Positions 9,100-17,520 of a DNA stretch of 32,000 nt are shown here, piece by piece. The notes beneath the pieces are model-generated. The model was not told the origin of the DNA. It made no database searches and saw only the letters and a program-made list of their open reading frames with translations. Both the position numbers and the translations under genes were made by a program. The stretch comes from Cylindrospermopsis raciborskii Cr2010 (GTDB lineage Bacteria; Cyanobacteriota; Cyanobacteriia; Cyanobacteriales; Nostocaceae), in the NCBI RefSeq assembly GCF_003367075.2, contig NZ_CP065936.1, positions 1,230,001 through 1,262,000 on the forward strand. The letters run 5' to 3'. Position 1 is the first letter of the stretch, and every line of letters starts with the position of its first letter.

Positions 9100-10563
9100 T
9101 TAGGTTTTATCTTTAACTTCTAGGGTAATTTTCCCCAACTTACGGACATCACCCACCTTTAAACTCTGAGTAGTAACTCTCATTTTCTTCATCCTAGCAT
9201 ATTCTTGGTCGAACTCCATGATAATATCACTTCCCTCCTTAAATATTCTAGCAGTAAGCGGTGCAAATCCGTCTGCTGCACTTAGGGGAATTTCCACGTT
9301 CACAGAAGTACCTATGGAAATTGGCCTGGTACCCAGTAAATATCTGGTCTGCTCCGTGGGTGTCCAATGCACTAACAAGTAAGGCTCTGAGTTTAACTGT
9401 TTTTGTTCAATCCAAGCAATCATCAATCCGATAAAAAACCCTAATATGGATACACCAGATAAGCGTCCCATAATGTCTCCTAGAATACTTGATGTAATTA
9501 GAAAGCCACCAGCACCGATTCCACCACCTACAGTTCCCCCCAGGAGGGCGTTTTTGAAGTTGAGATTGGGGACGAAGAATTTTGTGCCAGCTCCCACCAC
9601 CGCTCCCACAATCACCCAACCTCCAATTTTGGTAATTACTTCCAGACCAAGGATTCCTGAAAATGTTGTATTCACTGACAATACCACAAACAAAAATTGT
9701 CCACTTGCACCTGCGATGGTTCCTGCTACCAGACTACCAATAATAGTGATAATTCCCTTTTTCGCAGTTAATAATGGTAGTCGCATATAGCGATTTTGTC
9801 CCATAATTAAAGCCAAACATATTCCCATGGACAAAAACGCTGTCCAACCACCAATGCGGAATATGGAATAAGTAAAAGTATAGTTTTCACCAGTGTTGGA
9901 TTCAATCAACTGTTTATAAATTACCGCTTCTGCTTGGCTAAATGCTTGGTCAAATTGACCAGAATTAGCATAAAATACTAGGGAGCGATCGCCTGTGATT
10001 TGGGTTAAATAATTAGTGTCTGCACCTCCGGTAGCTACTGCAATTAGTTTAATTCCTGCATTTCTCACAGACAGGGCTGAATTGTAGGCAAAATTAGGAT
10101 CATCTGGTATTCCATCGGTAAATAAAATGATATTTTTGTTTAATGTTGTTGCTTGCAATTGATCTTGGGCAGTGTTAATACCTTCTCCCATAGGTGTTGA
10201 GCCATTTTCTAATAGTTGATTAATGGCATTATTTAAAATATTAATGTCGTTTGTCAATGGAGCAGGGGTTGCAACTGCTGAGCCAAAATTCACCACTGCT
10301 ATTTGATCTACTTCTAAGTTACGACGTTGCACAAACTGACTGGCGGCCGTTTTAACTTCCGTTAATTTACCATCACTCATGCTTGAGGATGTGTCAATTA
10401 ATAAGACTATCGCTTGAGGATTTGTTGTGGGTTTATTCCCACTTTTGGTTAGGGCTAGAAATGGTTCTCCTAGCAAGATTGCTGCTGTTAAACAGCCAGC
10501 GGATCCATATATGGCAAATAATAGGGTTTTGTTGTTTTTTAAGCGATTGATTAGGTTCAACAT
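9100..10563 (-). CDS. membrane-anchored VWA protein with C-terminal FHA-like domain
   Basis: VWA MIDAS LLIDTSSSMSDGKLTE and LFTDGIPDD; several Gly-rich transmembrane segments; C-terminal YLLGTRPISIGTSVNVEIPLSAADGFAPLTARIFKEG resembling a degenerate FHA fold. Confidence 0.85.
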   Translation of the reverse strand: MLNLINRLKNNKTLLFAIYGSAGCLTAAILLGEPFLALTKSGNKPTTNPQAIVLLIDTSSSMSDGKLTEVKTAASQFVQRRNLEVDQIAVVNFGSAVATPAPLTNDINILNNAINQLLENGSTPMGEGINTAQDQLQATTLNKNIILFTDGIPDDPNFAYNSALSVRNAGIKLIAVATGGADTNYLTQITGDRSLVFYANSGQFDQAFSQAEAVIYKQLIESNTGENYTFTYSIFRIGGWTAFLSMGICLALIMGQNRYMRLPLLTAKKGIITIIGSLVAGTIAGASGQFLFVVLSVNTTFSGILGLEVITKIGGWVIVGAVVGAGTKFFVPNLNFKNALLGGTVGGGIGAGGFLITSSILGDIMGRLSGVSILGFFIGLMIAWIEQKQLNSEPYLLVHWTPTEQTRYLLGTRPISIGTSVNVEIPLSAADGFAPLTARIFKEGSDIIMEFDQEYARMKKMRVTTQSLKVGDVRKLGKITLEVKDKT

Positions 10564-10622
10564 TTTGCTTATGGTAAATTAGGTGTAATAAAATTCATGA
10601 TGCAATTCAATTCCGTGGTTTT

Positions 10623-11555
10623 TTATGGACTTCTTACCTTTATTTGAGTAACATACCAAGTGGCATTATTCTGATTCCAATCAAGATAAAATCTTAATCT
10701 GACTGGAAGTAATCGACGATTTTTCATACTATATTCACCTCGAAAATTAACGATAGCCGAGTTTTTATCTTCTGATTGAGTACCAACCCTAATTACCCTA
10801 ACACTCTCAACTTGCGTCCACCATCCTAAAAAGGAATCATAACCATTTGGATGTAAATTTAGATCTTCTTTAACTGTACTTGGATAAATATCCCAAGCAG
10901 TATCATACTGTTTATTATTGATCTTATCATAATAATCTCGAATTACTTGTTCAGGTGAAATTCTGGAAGTATTTTGTGTTGCTGTGTAGGACTTTTGAAC
11001 TGAATCTGCTCTTGGTGGTATTTGGGATTTAGTTTTAGGAATGGGTGCAGCTGTGGTAGCTATTACTGTCGATTTTTTTACTGAATCCTCCATAGTAACC
11101 GGATCGGATTTAAGGGTAGACCCTAAACCCACTTCTAAATTAAAATTTTTCACCCCTTGTGGTGCACCCACCTGTATGGTGTATTGACCAGTTTTAAGCA
11201 AATCTTTCCCTTTAACAATTTCAGTGTCTGGAGTAAATACCCAAATACAAACATCACTATCCGTACTGTAACTCAATTTATCCCCTGCTATTGCTGCAAA
11301 GGTGTACCCCACATGTTGCTCCACACTTACCTGGTTAGATTTACTAATTCTACCTTGATCGAATGTAAGGTTTTCAACATTTTTGGCATTTAATGAAACT
11401 GTAGGTTTATCAGGACAACCGGGTGAACTTAAAAGATTGGATGAAATAGATCCATGAGGATTGACTCCTTGACAACCGAGAAGTGATAAACAGGTGGAGC
11501 AAAAAATTATTTTTTTCAACATACCAAAATTTTTACAATTTATAGCCGTATTCAT
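10623..11555 (-). CDS. lipoprotein with PPC-like beta domain and NTF2/SnoaL-like C-terminal region
   Basis: Lipobox CLSLLGCQG; GDKLSYSTDSDVCIWVFTPDTEIVKGKDLLKTGQYTIQVG block; C-terminal SPEQVIRDYYDKINNKQYDTAWDIYPSTVKED region. Confidence 0.8.
   Translation of the reverse strand: MNTAINCKNFGMLKKIIFCSTCLSLLGCQGVNPHGSISSNLLSSPGCPDKPTVSLNAKNVENLTFDQGRISKSNQVSVEQHVGYTFAAIAGDKLSYSTDSDVCIWVFTPDTEIVKGKDLLKTGQYTIQVGAPQGVKNFNLEVGLGSTLKSDPVTMEDSVKKSTVIATTAAPIPKTKSQIPPRADSVQKSYTATQNTSRISPEQVIRDYYDKINNKQYDTAWDIYPSTVKEDLNLHPNGYDSFLGWWTQVESVRVIRVGTQSEDKNSAIVNFRGEYSMKNRRLLPVRLRFYLDWNQNNATWYVTQIKVRSP
11125..11354. repeat. copy 1 of a ~230-bp near-identical direct repeat inside the paralogous lipoprotein genes
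   Basis: From aaacccacttctaaattaaaatttttcacc to ttactaattctacc, matches 12072-12301 at constant +947 offset; even the antisense ORF translation (MWCTHLYGVLTSFKQIFPF...) is the same. Confidence 0.9.
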
Positions 11556-11584
11556 CTACAACGGAAGCGGTCCAGAATGGTTAC

Positions 11585-12475
11585 CTATTGCCAAGCAGGA
11601 TAGACCTCAGAGATTTTCCACCTTGTGTTTTCTTTTTCAAAAAAATAAGTTAGATTTCTAGTGAACTTTCCCGATTTTGCCCTATCAATCCCATACCTAC
11701 TGTGTAAATATCTCTCCTCCCTTACTCTAACCCTAATATAAGGACGTTTCCCGGAATTTGAAAAATTAACCACTCTTTTTATTTCTGAAGAAATATATTC
11801 ATAATATGCTCCATTTTGTCTTAACCACTCCACTGGTCCATCAGCTTTAGTTGTAAAATTGTGCATTTTGCCCGTTGCTAATTGATCTACTAAATTGGTA
11901 TCAAAGGGTGATGCAAATATTTGAGGTTTTGCCGCGTACCATTGTTTAACCAGTTCCACAGCATCTTCTTGAGAAATATCATGTTCTGGCTGTAAATTAT
12001 TCTCTTTTGCATCTAAGTTTATTGTGGGAGTCGATTCAGTGGTGGGACTAATGTTAGTCTGTAAATCTCCCAAACCCACTTCTAAATTAAAATTTTTCAC
12101 CCCTTGTGGTGCACCCACCTGTATGGTGTATTGACCAGTTTTAAGCAAATCTTTCCCTTTAACAATTTCAGTGTCTGGAGTAAATACCCAAATACAAACA
12201 TCACTATCCGTACTGTAACTCAATTTATCCCCTGCTATTGCTGCAAAGGTGTACCCCACATGTTGCTCCACACTTACCTGGTTAGATTTACTAATTCTAC
12301 CCTGATTGAATGTGATTTTTTCAACATTTTTGGCATTTAATGAAACTGTCGGTTTATCAGAACAACCAGGTGAACCTAAATTAAGAATCCCCGTCCCTTT
12401 AGGGGTGGGGAGTGTCAATCCTTGACAACCCAGAAGTGATAGACAGGTGGAGTAAAAAATCATTTTCTTCAACAT
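11585..12475 (-). CDS. lipoprotein with PPC-like beta domain and IMS (ARC6-like) C-terminal domain
   Basis: Lipobox CLSLLGCQG; same PPC-like block as 10623-11555; C-terminal ISQEDAVELVKQWYAAKPQIFASPFDTNLVDQLATG...WLRQNGAYYEY...RWKISE typical of the IMS domain of Ftn2/ARC6-like proteins and some cyanobacterial kinases. Confidence 0.85.
   Translation of the reverse strand: MLKKMIFYSTCLSLLGCQGLTLPTPKGTGILNLGSPGCSDKPTVSLNAKNVEKITFNQGRISKSNQVSVEQHVGYTFAAIAGDKLSYSTDSDVCIWVFTPDTEIVKGKDLLKTGQYTIQVGAPQGVKNFNLEVGLGDLQTNISPTTESTPTINLDAKENNLQPEHDISQEDAVELVKQWYAAKPQIFASPFDTNLVDQLATGKMHNFTTKADGPVEWLRQNGAYYEYISSEIKRVVNFSNSGKRPYIRVRVREERYLHSRYGIDRAKSGKFTRNLTYFFEKENTRWKISEVYPAWQ
12072..12301. repeat. copy 2 of the ~230-bp near-identical direct repeat
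   Basis: See 11125-11354; homology continues with mismatches towards the signal-peptide end. Confidence 0.9.
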
Positions 12476-12546
12476 ATCAAAATTATCTCATCTGTTATCT
12501 ACCAACCTTGATTTGAAATCCGTTCCTTTTAACAACCAACCAATTC

Positions 12547-13308
12547 CTATGGCAAAGTAAGAATCTCCACCCCATTTTCCGTTACCGCTATAGTATGCTC
12601 AAACTGAGCAGAAAGTTTTCTATCCCTTGTAATAGCAGTCCACCCATCAGCTAACATCTCAAACTCATAGGAACCCTCATTAATCATTGGTTCAATGGTA
12701 AAGACCATACCCGGTCTTAATAATCTACCAGTCCCCCTAGTGCCAAAATGAGGAATGTCTGGTGCAGTATGAAAAATCTTATTAATTCCATGACCGACAA
12801 AATCCCGCACCACCGAAAACCCATGACCCTCCGCATGCTCTTGAATAGCAGCACCAATGTCACCAATTCTCCCACCAGGTCTAATTTCTGCAATACCTAA
12901 ATACAAACACTTCTGTGTCACCTCTACCAATTTTTTGGCTATGGGCCTAGCTTCACCTACAATAAAGGTTTTAGATGTATCTCCATGATAACCATCTAAT
13001 ACAGGCGTTACATCAATGTTAATAATATCACCCTTCTTGAGAACCCGTTGTGAACTAGGAATGCCATGACAAATTACTTCATTTAAACTAGTACAAATTG
13101 ATTTAGGAAAGCCCATATAACCCAAGGGTGCGCTCTTGGCTCCATGAGCTTGTGTCCATGCTTCCGCTTCATCATTCAGTTCTTGAGTGGTTACACCAGG
13201 TTTAACCAAGGGTTCTAGGTGTTGTAATAGCTGAGCTGCTAGACTTCCAGCACGTCGCATTTTTTCTATTTCTCGTGCAGACAAAAGAATAATTTGTTTG
13301 GTGTTCAT
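12547..13308 (-). CDS. map: type I methionine aminopeptidase
   Basis: MRRAGSLAAQLLQHLEPLVKPGVTTQELNDEA...NEVICHGIPS...GDIINIDVTPVLDGYHGDTSKTF...GHGINKIFHTAPDIPHFG...MVFTIEPMINEG. Confidence 0.97.
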   Translation of the reverse strand: MNTKQIILLSAREIEKMRRAGSLAAQLLQHLEPLVKPGVTTQELNDEAEAWTQAHGAKSAPLGYMGFPKSICTSLNEVICHGIPSSQRVLKKGDIINIDVTPVLDGYHGDTSKTFIVGEARPIAKKLVEVTQKCLYLGIAEIRPGGRIGDIGAAIQEHAEGHGFSVVRDFVGHGINKIFHTAPDIPHFGTRGTGRLLRPGMVFTIEPMINEGSYEFEMLADGWTAITRDRKLSAQFEHTIAVTENGVEILTLP

Positions 13309-13321
13309 CTAATAATCTTGA

Positions 13322-14323
13322 CTAATCTTGATCCAAAAATATTGTTAATCCGGTCTCAGCTGCTCTACGAGCTGCATCTGCAATTTTTAAAGTGTATAAA
13401 CTTTGTTCTGCAGTTACATATAAAGGGGAACCATGAAAAATATGATCTAAAACTATTTTAGTATCCCTAGCAAATAATCCCTGACGATTAGCAATTTCTA
13501 TTGACCTTGTGTCTTCCGATCCTATAAAAATTCCTTTATCCCCATCCAGAATCAAACCCCCGTTTTCAGCACTGACTTCTAATTTCCGTTCTGATTGCCA
13601 TATAGTTTCACCTTTGCCATAAATAACCTGAGCTAACAAACCATCGGCAAAACATAATTGGGTTGTACAAAGACAACCTTGATAATATTCCTCCTCTGTT
13701 TCCCAATATCGCTGATGACAATTCACTGTTACTACCTGACCAAATACATCAATGAGACGATGTAATCGCGATAATGCGCCCATTAGGGGAAATCCAAACA
13801 ATTGATGATTATAAGTCCATTTTCTCCGAGCTGGATGTTCCGCTTTCATAGTGCTGTAACGAACATAAAACAACTGTCCCAGCATAGGTAAGTTTTCTTT
13901 GAGTACCTGATGCCAACCACTCAGAAGTTCAATGTGCTCTACATGGAGCAGTCTTTTTTTGTCCTTTGCTAAAGCAATTAATTCCTCCGCATCTTTAAGA
14001 TTTAACGACAAAGGATACTCAACAACCAAATGTTTGTTATTATTCAATGCCGCACGGGCTATTTTACCATGATCTGAGTTGATTGTAGAAATAACTATTA
14101 AATCTACATCTTCTCTTCCTACTAACTCCTCCCAAGAATTGCTTACTTGGGTTTCGTAACTTTTTGCCAAAGCAGTTATCGATTCAGGAGAGTGTCCCGC
14201 AATAGCTATCAAATTCGCACGCTCATCCTGCTTAATTGCTTGAGATCTGTGTTTGGCTGCATACCCAGTGCCAATCAGGCCTACCCCTATGCTTTTTTCA
14301 GTAAACAGTCCGTAATTGTACAT
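13322..14323 (-). CDS. bvdR: biliverdin reductase (Gfo/Idh/MocA fold)
   Basis: GVGLIGTGYAAKHRSQ; LLHVEHIELLSGWHQVLKENLPMLGQLFYVRYSTM...WTYNHQLFGFPLMGALSRLHRLIDVFG closely resembles Synechocystis BvdR. Confidence 0.88.
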   Translation of the reverse strand: MYNYGLFTEKSIGVGLIGTGYAAKHRSQAIKQDERANLIAIAGHSPESITALAKSYETQVSNSWEELVGREDVDLIVISTINSDHGKIARAALNNNKHLVVEYPLSLNLKDAEELIALAKDKKRLLHVEHIELLSGWHQVLKENLPMLGQLFYVRYSTMKAEHPARRKWTYNHQLFGFPLMGALSRLHRLIDVFGQVVTVNCHQRYWETEEEYYQGCLCTTQLCFADGLLAQVIYGKGETIWQSERKLEVSAENGGLILDGDKGIFIGSEDTRSIEIANRQGLFARDTKIVLDHIFHGSPLYVTAEQSLYTLKIADAARRAAETGLTIFLDQD

Positions 14324-14459
14324 AAAAATTTACCAGTTTACTCAATCAGTATAATTAAAGCTTATTCTTGAAAGTGTAACAGTTTTGTGGAAAAGTGAGC
14401 CAGAGGTAGTTACTAAGCTGTCCTGCACCTGGATTGCATAATAGGAAATTAACTAATCA

Positions 14460-14493
14460 AGCGATCGCACTTTCCTCACTCGGTGCGATCGCT
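14460..14493. repeat. perfect 11-bp inverted repeat built from two HIP1 octamers (12-nt loop)
   Basis: agcgatcgcac-tttcctcactcg-gtgcgatcgct. Confidence 0.85.
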
Positions 14494-14764
14494 AACTAAG
14501 GCTATTAAATAGCTTTTATTGTTTTATAGGCGATGGCTTTAGAAAGTTAATTAAAAAATGTATTGGTCAATACTTGTTTTTTAAATGGGTCTATGAGAAC
14601 ATTCTGAAATACTACTAAATACCAATTGGAATTTAGTATTTTTATGGAAGGTTATTACTCTTGTTGACAATTATAATTGTCGGCGTTTAATACGTAATAG
14701 AGTTTCAAACTTGCCTTAACCTAACCAATCTAAAATAGTGTTTATCAGTATCTAGGAGACACAG

Positions 14765-15140
14765 GTGACTTACCAACACTTAAAAATTAAACCTATTGCA
14801 GGACGTATTGGCGCGAAGATTTTGGAAATTGATTTGAAACAAAATCTCCAAGATGCAATTATTAATGAAAACTGAGTCTGATCATATTATTGGCTTATTG
14901 CAGTCATACGTAACACGTCCGGAAAACACAGTGCGCTGGCGGTGGAAAGTTGGTGATGTGGCATTTTGGGATAACCGGGCTACCCAACATTATGCTATAG
15001 CAGATTATGGTAATCAACCTCGGCGTGTGCAAAGGGTAACTATTGTAGGTGATGCACCTGTTTCCATTGATGGGCAAAAAAGTCAAAGTGTGAAAGGAGA
15101 TGCTTCTGTGTATAACAAACGGGTACCTGTAGCTGTTTAA
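14765..15140 (+). pseudogene. tauD: TauD-like alpha-ketoglutarate-dependent dioxygenase, internally deleted and frameshifted
   Basis: GTG ORF 14765-14875 gives the N-terminus (VTYQHLKIKPIAGRIGAKILEIDLKQNLQDAIINEN*). The other frame gives the C-terminus (ESDHIIGLLQSYVTRPENTVRWRWKVGDVAFWDNRATQHYAIADYGNQPRRVQRVTIVGDAPV). The central part, including the HxD region, is absent. Confidence 0.85.
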
Positions 15141-15201
15141 GTTCAGATGTTAAAATGGGTATTCGGATGAATTTCAATCATAGGATTAGGATGGGTGTTA
15201 T

Positions 15202-15804
15202 ATGGTCAGAACCGCTTCCACAATGTTACCGTTGGGTACTTTAGCTCCAGATTTTAATTTGCCCGATGTGGTTTCTAACAAGACAGTTTCTTTGGCTGAT
15301 TTTGCCCATAAGAAGGGTTTGTTAGTCATTTTTTTGAGTCGTCATTGTCCCTTTGTGCAACACATCAAGTTAGAGTTGGCACAATTGGGCAAAGATTATT
15401 TACAAAGTAATCTGGGAATAGTAGCAATTAGTGCCAATGATATCAATAGTCATCCCGACGATGCACCGGAGTTTTTAAAAAGCTTCGCCCAAGAATTGGA
15501 TCTAACTTATCCTCTACTTTTTGATGAAACCCAGAAAACCGCCAAGGACTTTTTTGCCGCTTGTACTCCCGATTTCTTTCTCTTTGATGGTGAGCGCAAA
15601 CTGAGCTATCGCGGGCAATTAGATGACAGTCGTCCCGGTAATAATGAACCGGTCAATGGGAAGGATTTACGAGCCGCGATCAATGCTGTTTTGTCTGATA
15701 GAGAGGTGAACCGAAACCAAAAACCCAGCATTGGTTGCAATATTAAATGGCGTCTTGGAAATGAGCCTGTTTATTTCCAAAACCAAGCGATCGCAGTTTC
15801 CTGA
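15202..15804 (+). CDS. thioredoxin-fold protein, AhpC/TSA-like redoxin
   Basis: LGTLAPDFNLPDVVSNKTVSLADFAHKKGLLVIFLSRHCPFVQHIK; TPDFFLFDGERKLSYRGQLDDSRPGN. Confidence 0.88.
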   Translation: MVRTASTMLPLGTLAPDFNLPDVVSNKTVSLADFAHKKGLLVIFLSRHCPFVQHIKLELAQLGKDYLQSNLGIVAISANDINSHPDDAPEFLKSFAQELDLTYPLLFDETQKTAKDFFAACTPDFFLFDGERKLSYRGQLDDSRPGNNEPVNGKDLRAAINAVLSDREVNRNQKPSIGCNIKWRLGNEPVYFQNQAIAVS

Positions 15805-15957
15805 TTGGATTTAATTTCCTTTACAGGTTAATGTTTTTGGGTTAGACTATTATTGGTAAATTTGTGTTATAGTCACAACTAAAATATAGGTATATTGATT
15901 AATCAATATACCTATTTTCTGAAGGGTTACTATTTTTAGCTACCGGTTAAAATAATC

Positions 15958-16215
15958 ATGAGTCAGATACTGAAAGAAGTTCTTACCGCTAATCAGAACT
16001 ATGCTGAAACATTTGGTGATAAAGGCAATTTACCTTTACCTCCTGCGCGGAGATTTACCATTTTGACCTGTATGGATGCCCGTTTAGATCCGGCAAAATT
16101 TGCTGGATTAACCGAAGGTGATGCTCATGTAATTCGTAACGCGGGTGGAAGGGTCAGTGATGATGCTATCAGGTCTTTAGTGATTTCATCCCACATTCCG
16201 CACCGTAAGCTGTGA
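15958..16215 (+). pseudogene. beta-class carbonic anhydrase, 3'-truncated
   Basis: [47 protein letters not shown] keeps the CMDAR motif; ends after 85 aa before the expected His-x-x-Cys zinc ligands; about 100 bp from an IS1-family element. Confidence 0.85.
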
Positions 16216-16316
16216 CAGATCAAAGAGGATTCTGATGTAGTACATAATAACTAAAATTAATTCTAATAGAGACATAGTGTGAGAAAGTAAAGTTTGGTAA
16301 CAAAAAAGAGAATTGA

Positions 16317-17072
16317 GGCGTTGCATATTTGCGGGATGAATCAACTAAACGCGGGTATTACTTCATACTTTAAATAGTGAAGTAATAATTTAATTGAATA
16401 CCTAAGCATATCTACAGATTTTGAATAGCATAGCGTTTTTCTATGTAGTCGCGCTAAGTAGTGACGTAAACGTGTATTTTCACCCTCTACCCTAGTCATA
16501 TATGTTTTGCTCACAATATGATCCTCTGGCTGAATAAAACTCGGATAAACCCTCCACCCATCAGTAACATAAAAAAAGCATTGCCAGAGTTTAACGATGT
16601 CCCACAAAGGTTGAAATGCTTGTGAGCTGTGGTCTCCCACAACCCAAGCCAGGATATTTTTACGGAAGTGATTTACTGCTGTCCACAACCATATTTTGTT
16701 TTTTTTTGATCCCACAAAGGTCTCCAACTCATCAAGCTCACCTACCAAGGGTGTTTCCTCAACTGGTGGAGCATCTGGAAGTATGGAACCAATTTGTTTT
16801 AGCCAGTAAATAATAGTTGTATGATGAACGCCTTTATCGCGTTCAATTGCTCTAAATCCCATACCGTTAACATAAGAGCGCAGGCAACTTTGTTTAACTT
16901 CTTCTGAATAGCCTTTAGGTGGACTATAGACATCGATAAATTGACGACCACAATCAACACAAATGTGATTTTGTTTACCTCGACGTTTGCCATTCTTTCT
17001 GATTTTGGAAGACCCGCAGTTTGGACAATGCACAGTAGATTACCTCAATTCATACCTCTATTATGCAACGCC
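16317..17072 (-). mobile_element. IS1-family insertion sequence, ~756 bp
   Basis: Imperfect ~26-bp terminal inverted repeats: left ggcgttgcatatttgcgggatgaat, right end reverse complement ggcgttgcataatagaggtatgaat; possible short ATTGA flank repeat (16312-16316 and 17073-17077). Confidence 0.85.
16341..17033 (-). CDS. IS1-family transposase (single-frame InsA-InsB-like)
   Basis: MHCPNCGSSKIRKNGKRRGKQNHICVDCGRQF zinc finger; LDELETFVGSKKNKIWLWTAV; YVTDGWRVYPSFI; VEGENTRLRHYLARLHRKTLCYSKS. Confidence 0.95.
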   Translation of the reverse strand: MHCPNCGSSKIRKNGKRRGKQNHICVDCGRQFIDVYSPPKGYSEEVKQSCLRSYVNGMGFRAIERDKGVHHTTIIYWLKQIGSILPDAPPVEETPLVGELDELETFVGSKKNKIWLWTAVNHFRKNILAWVVGDHSSQAFQPLWDIVKLWQCFFYVTDGWRVYPSFIQPEDHIVSKTYMTRVEGENTRLRHYLARLHRKTLCYSKSVDMLRYSIKLLLHYLKYEVIPAFS

Positions 17073-17149
17073 ATTGATTGCAGAAATGTTGAATGTCGTT
17101 ACAAAACTTTACATAGTTAGATATAGTACTCCTATCAAAGGTGAAAATG

Positions 17150-17520
17150 TCAACATCTCATAATATCTTCCATCCAATGAACATAACTGATTTGTTGACA
17201 CATACAAGCTTGAAGATAGCGGAACTTATCTAACATTTTTTCACCCCATTCATTGGGAACGGATACAAGTTGTAAAATTAGATAAGCGATGAGACTGGCA
17301 TAAATTTGTATGCCAATGCCATTAACGTTTTTCGTAATTAATTTATCCAATTTTAGGTGCATTTTTAAAAACTTCTATAACAGTTCAACTCCCCACCGTA
17401 AACGATAAATATCTCTGATTTCATCATCTGTAACTGCTGCTTCTCCATCTGCAGGTAAATTCGTGACTAAGCGAAATTCTGTTTTCGTTTCTAAATCACA
17501 AAAGTTAACTACCCTGTAAG
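17150..17520 (-). pseudogene. remnant of IS4-like transposase, C-terminal region with frameshift
   Basis: ORF MHLKLDKLITKNVNGIGIQIYASLIAYLILQLVSVPNEWGEKMLDKFRYLQACMCQQISYVHW; further upstream on the minus strand AYRVVNFCDLETKTEFRLVTNLPADGEAAVTDDEIRDIYRLRWGVELL is broken by a frameshift. Confidence 0.75.

Noticed and set aside
11157-11393. 78-aa plus-strand ORF repeated at 12104-12340
   Set aside because: Antisense to the repeated lipoprotein domain; the duplication reflects the coding repeat and not a separate gene family.
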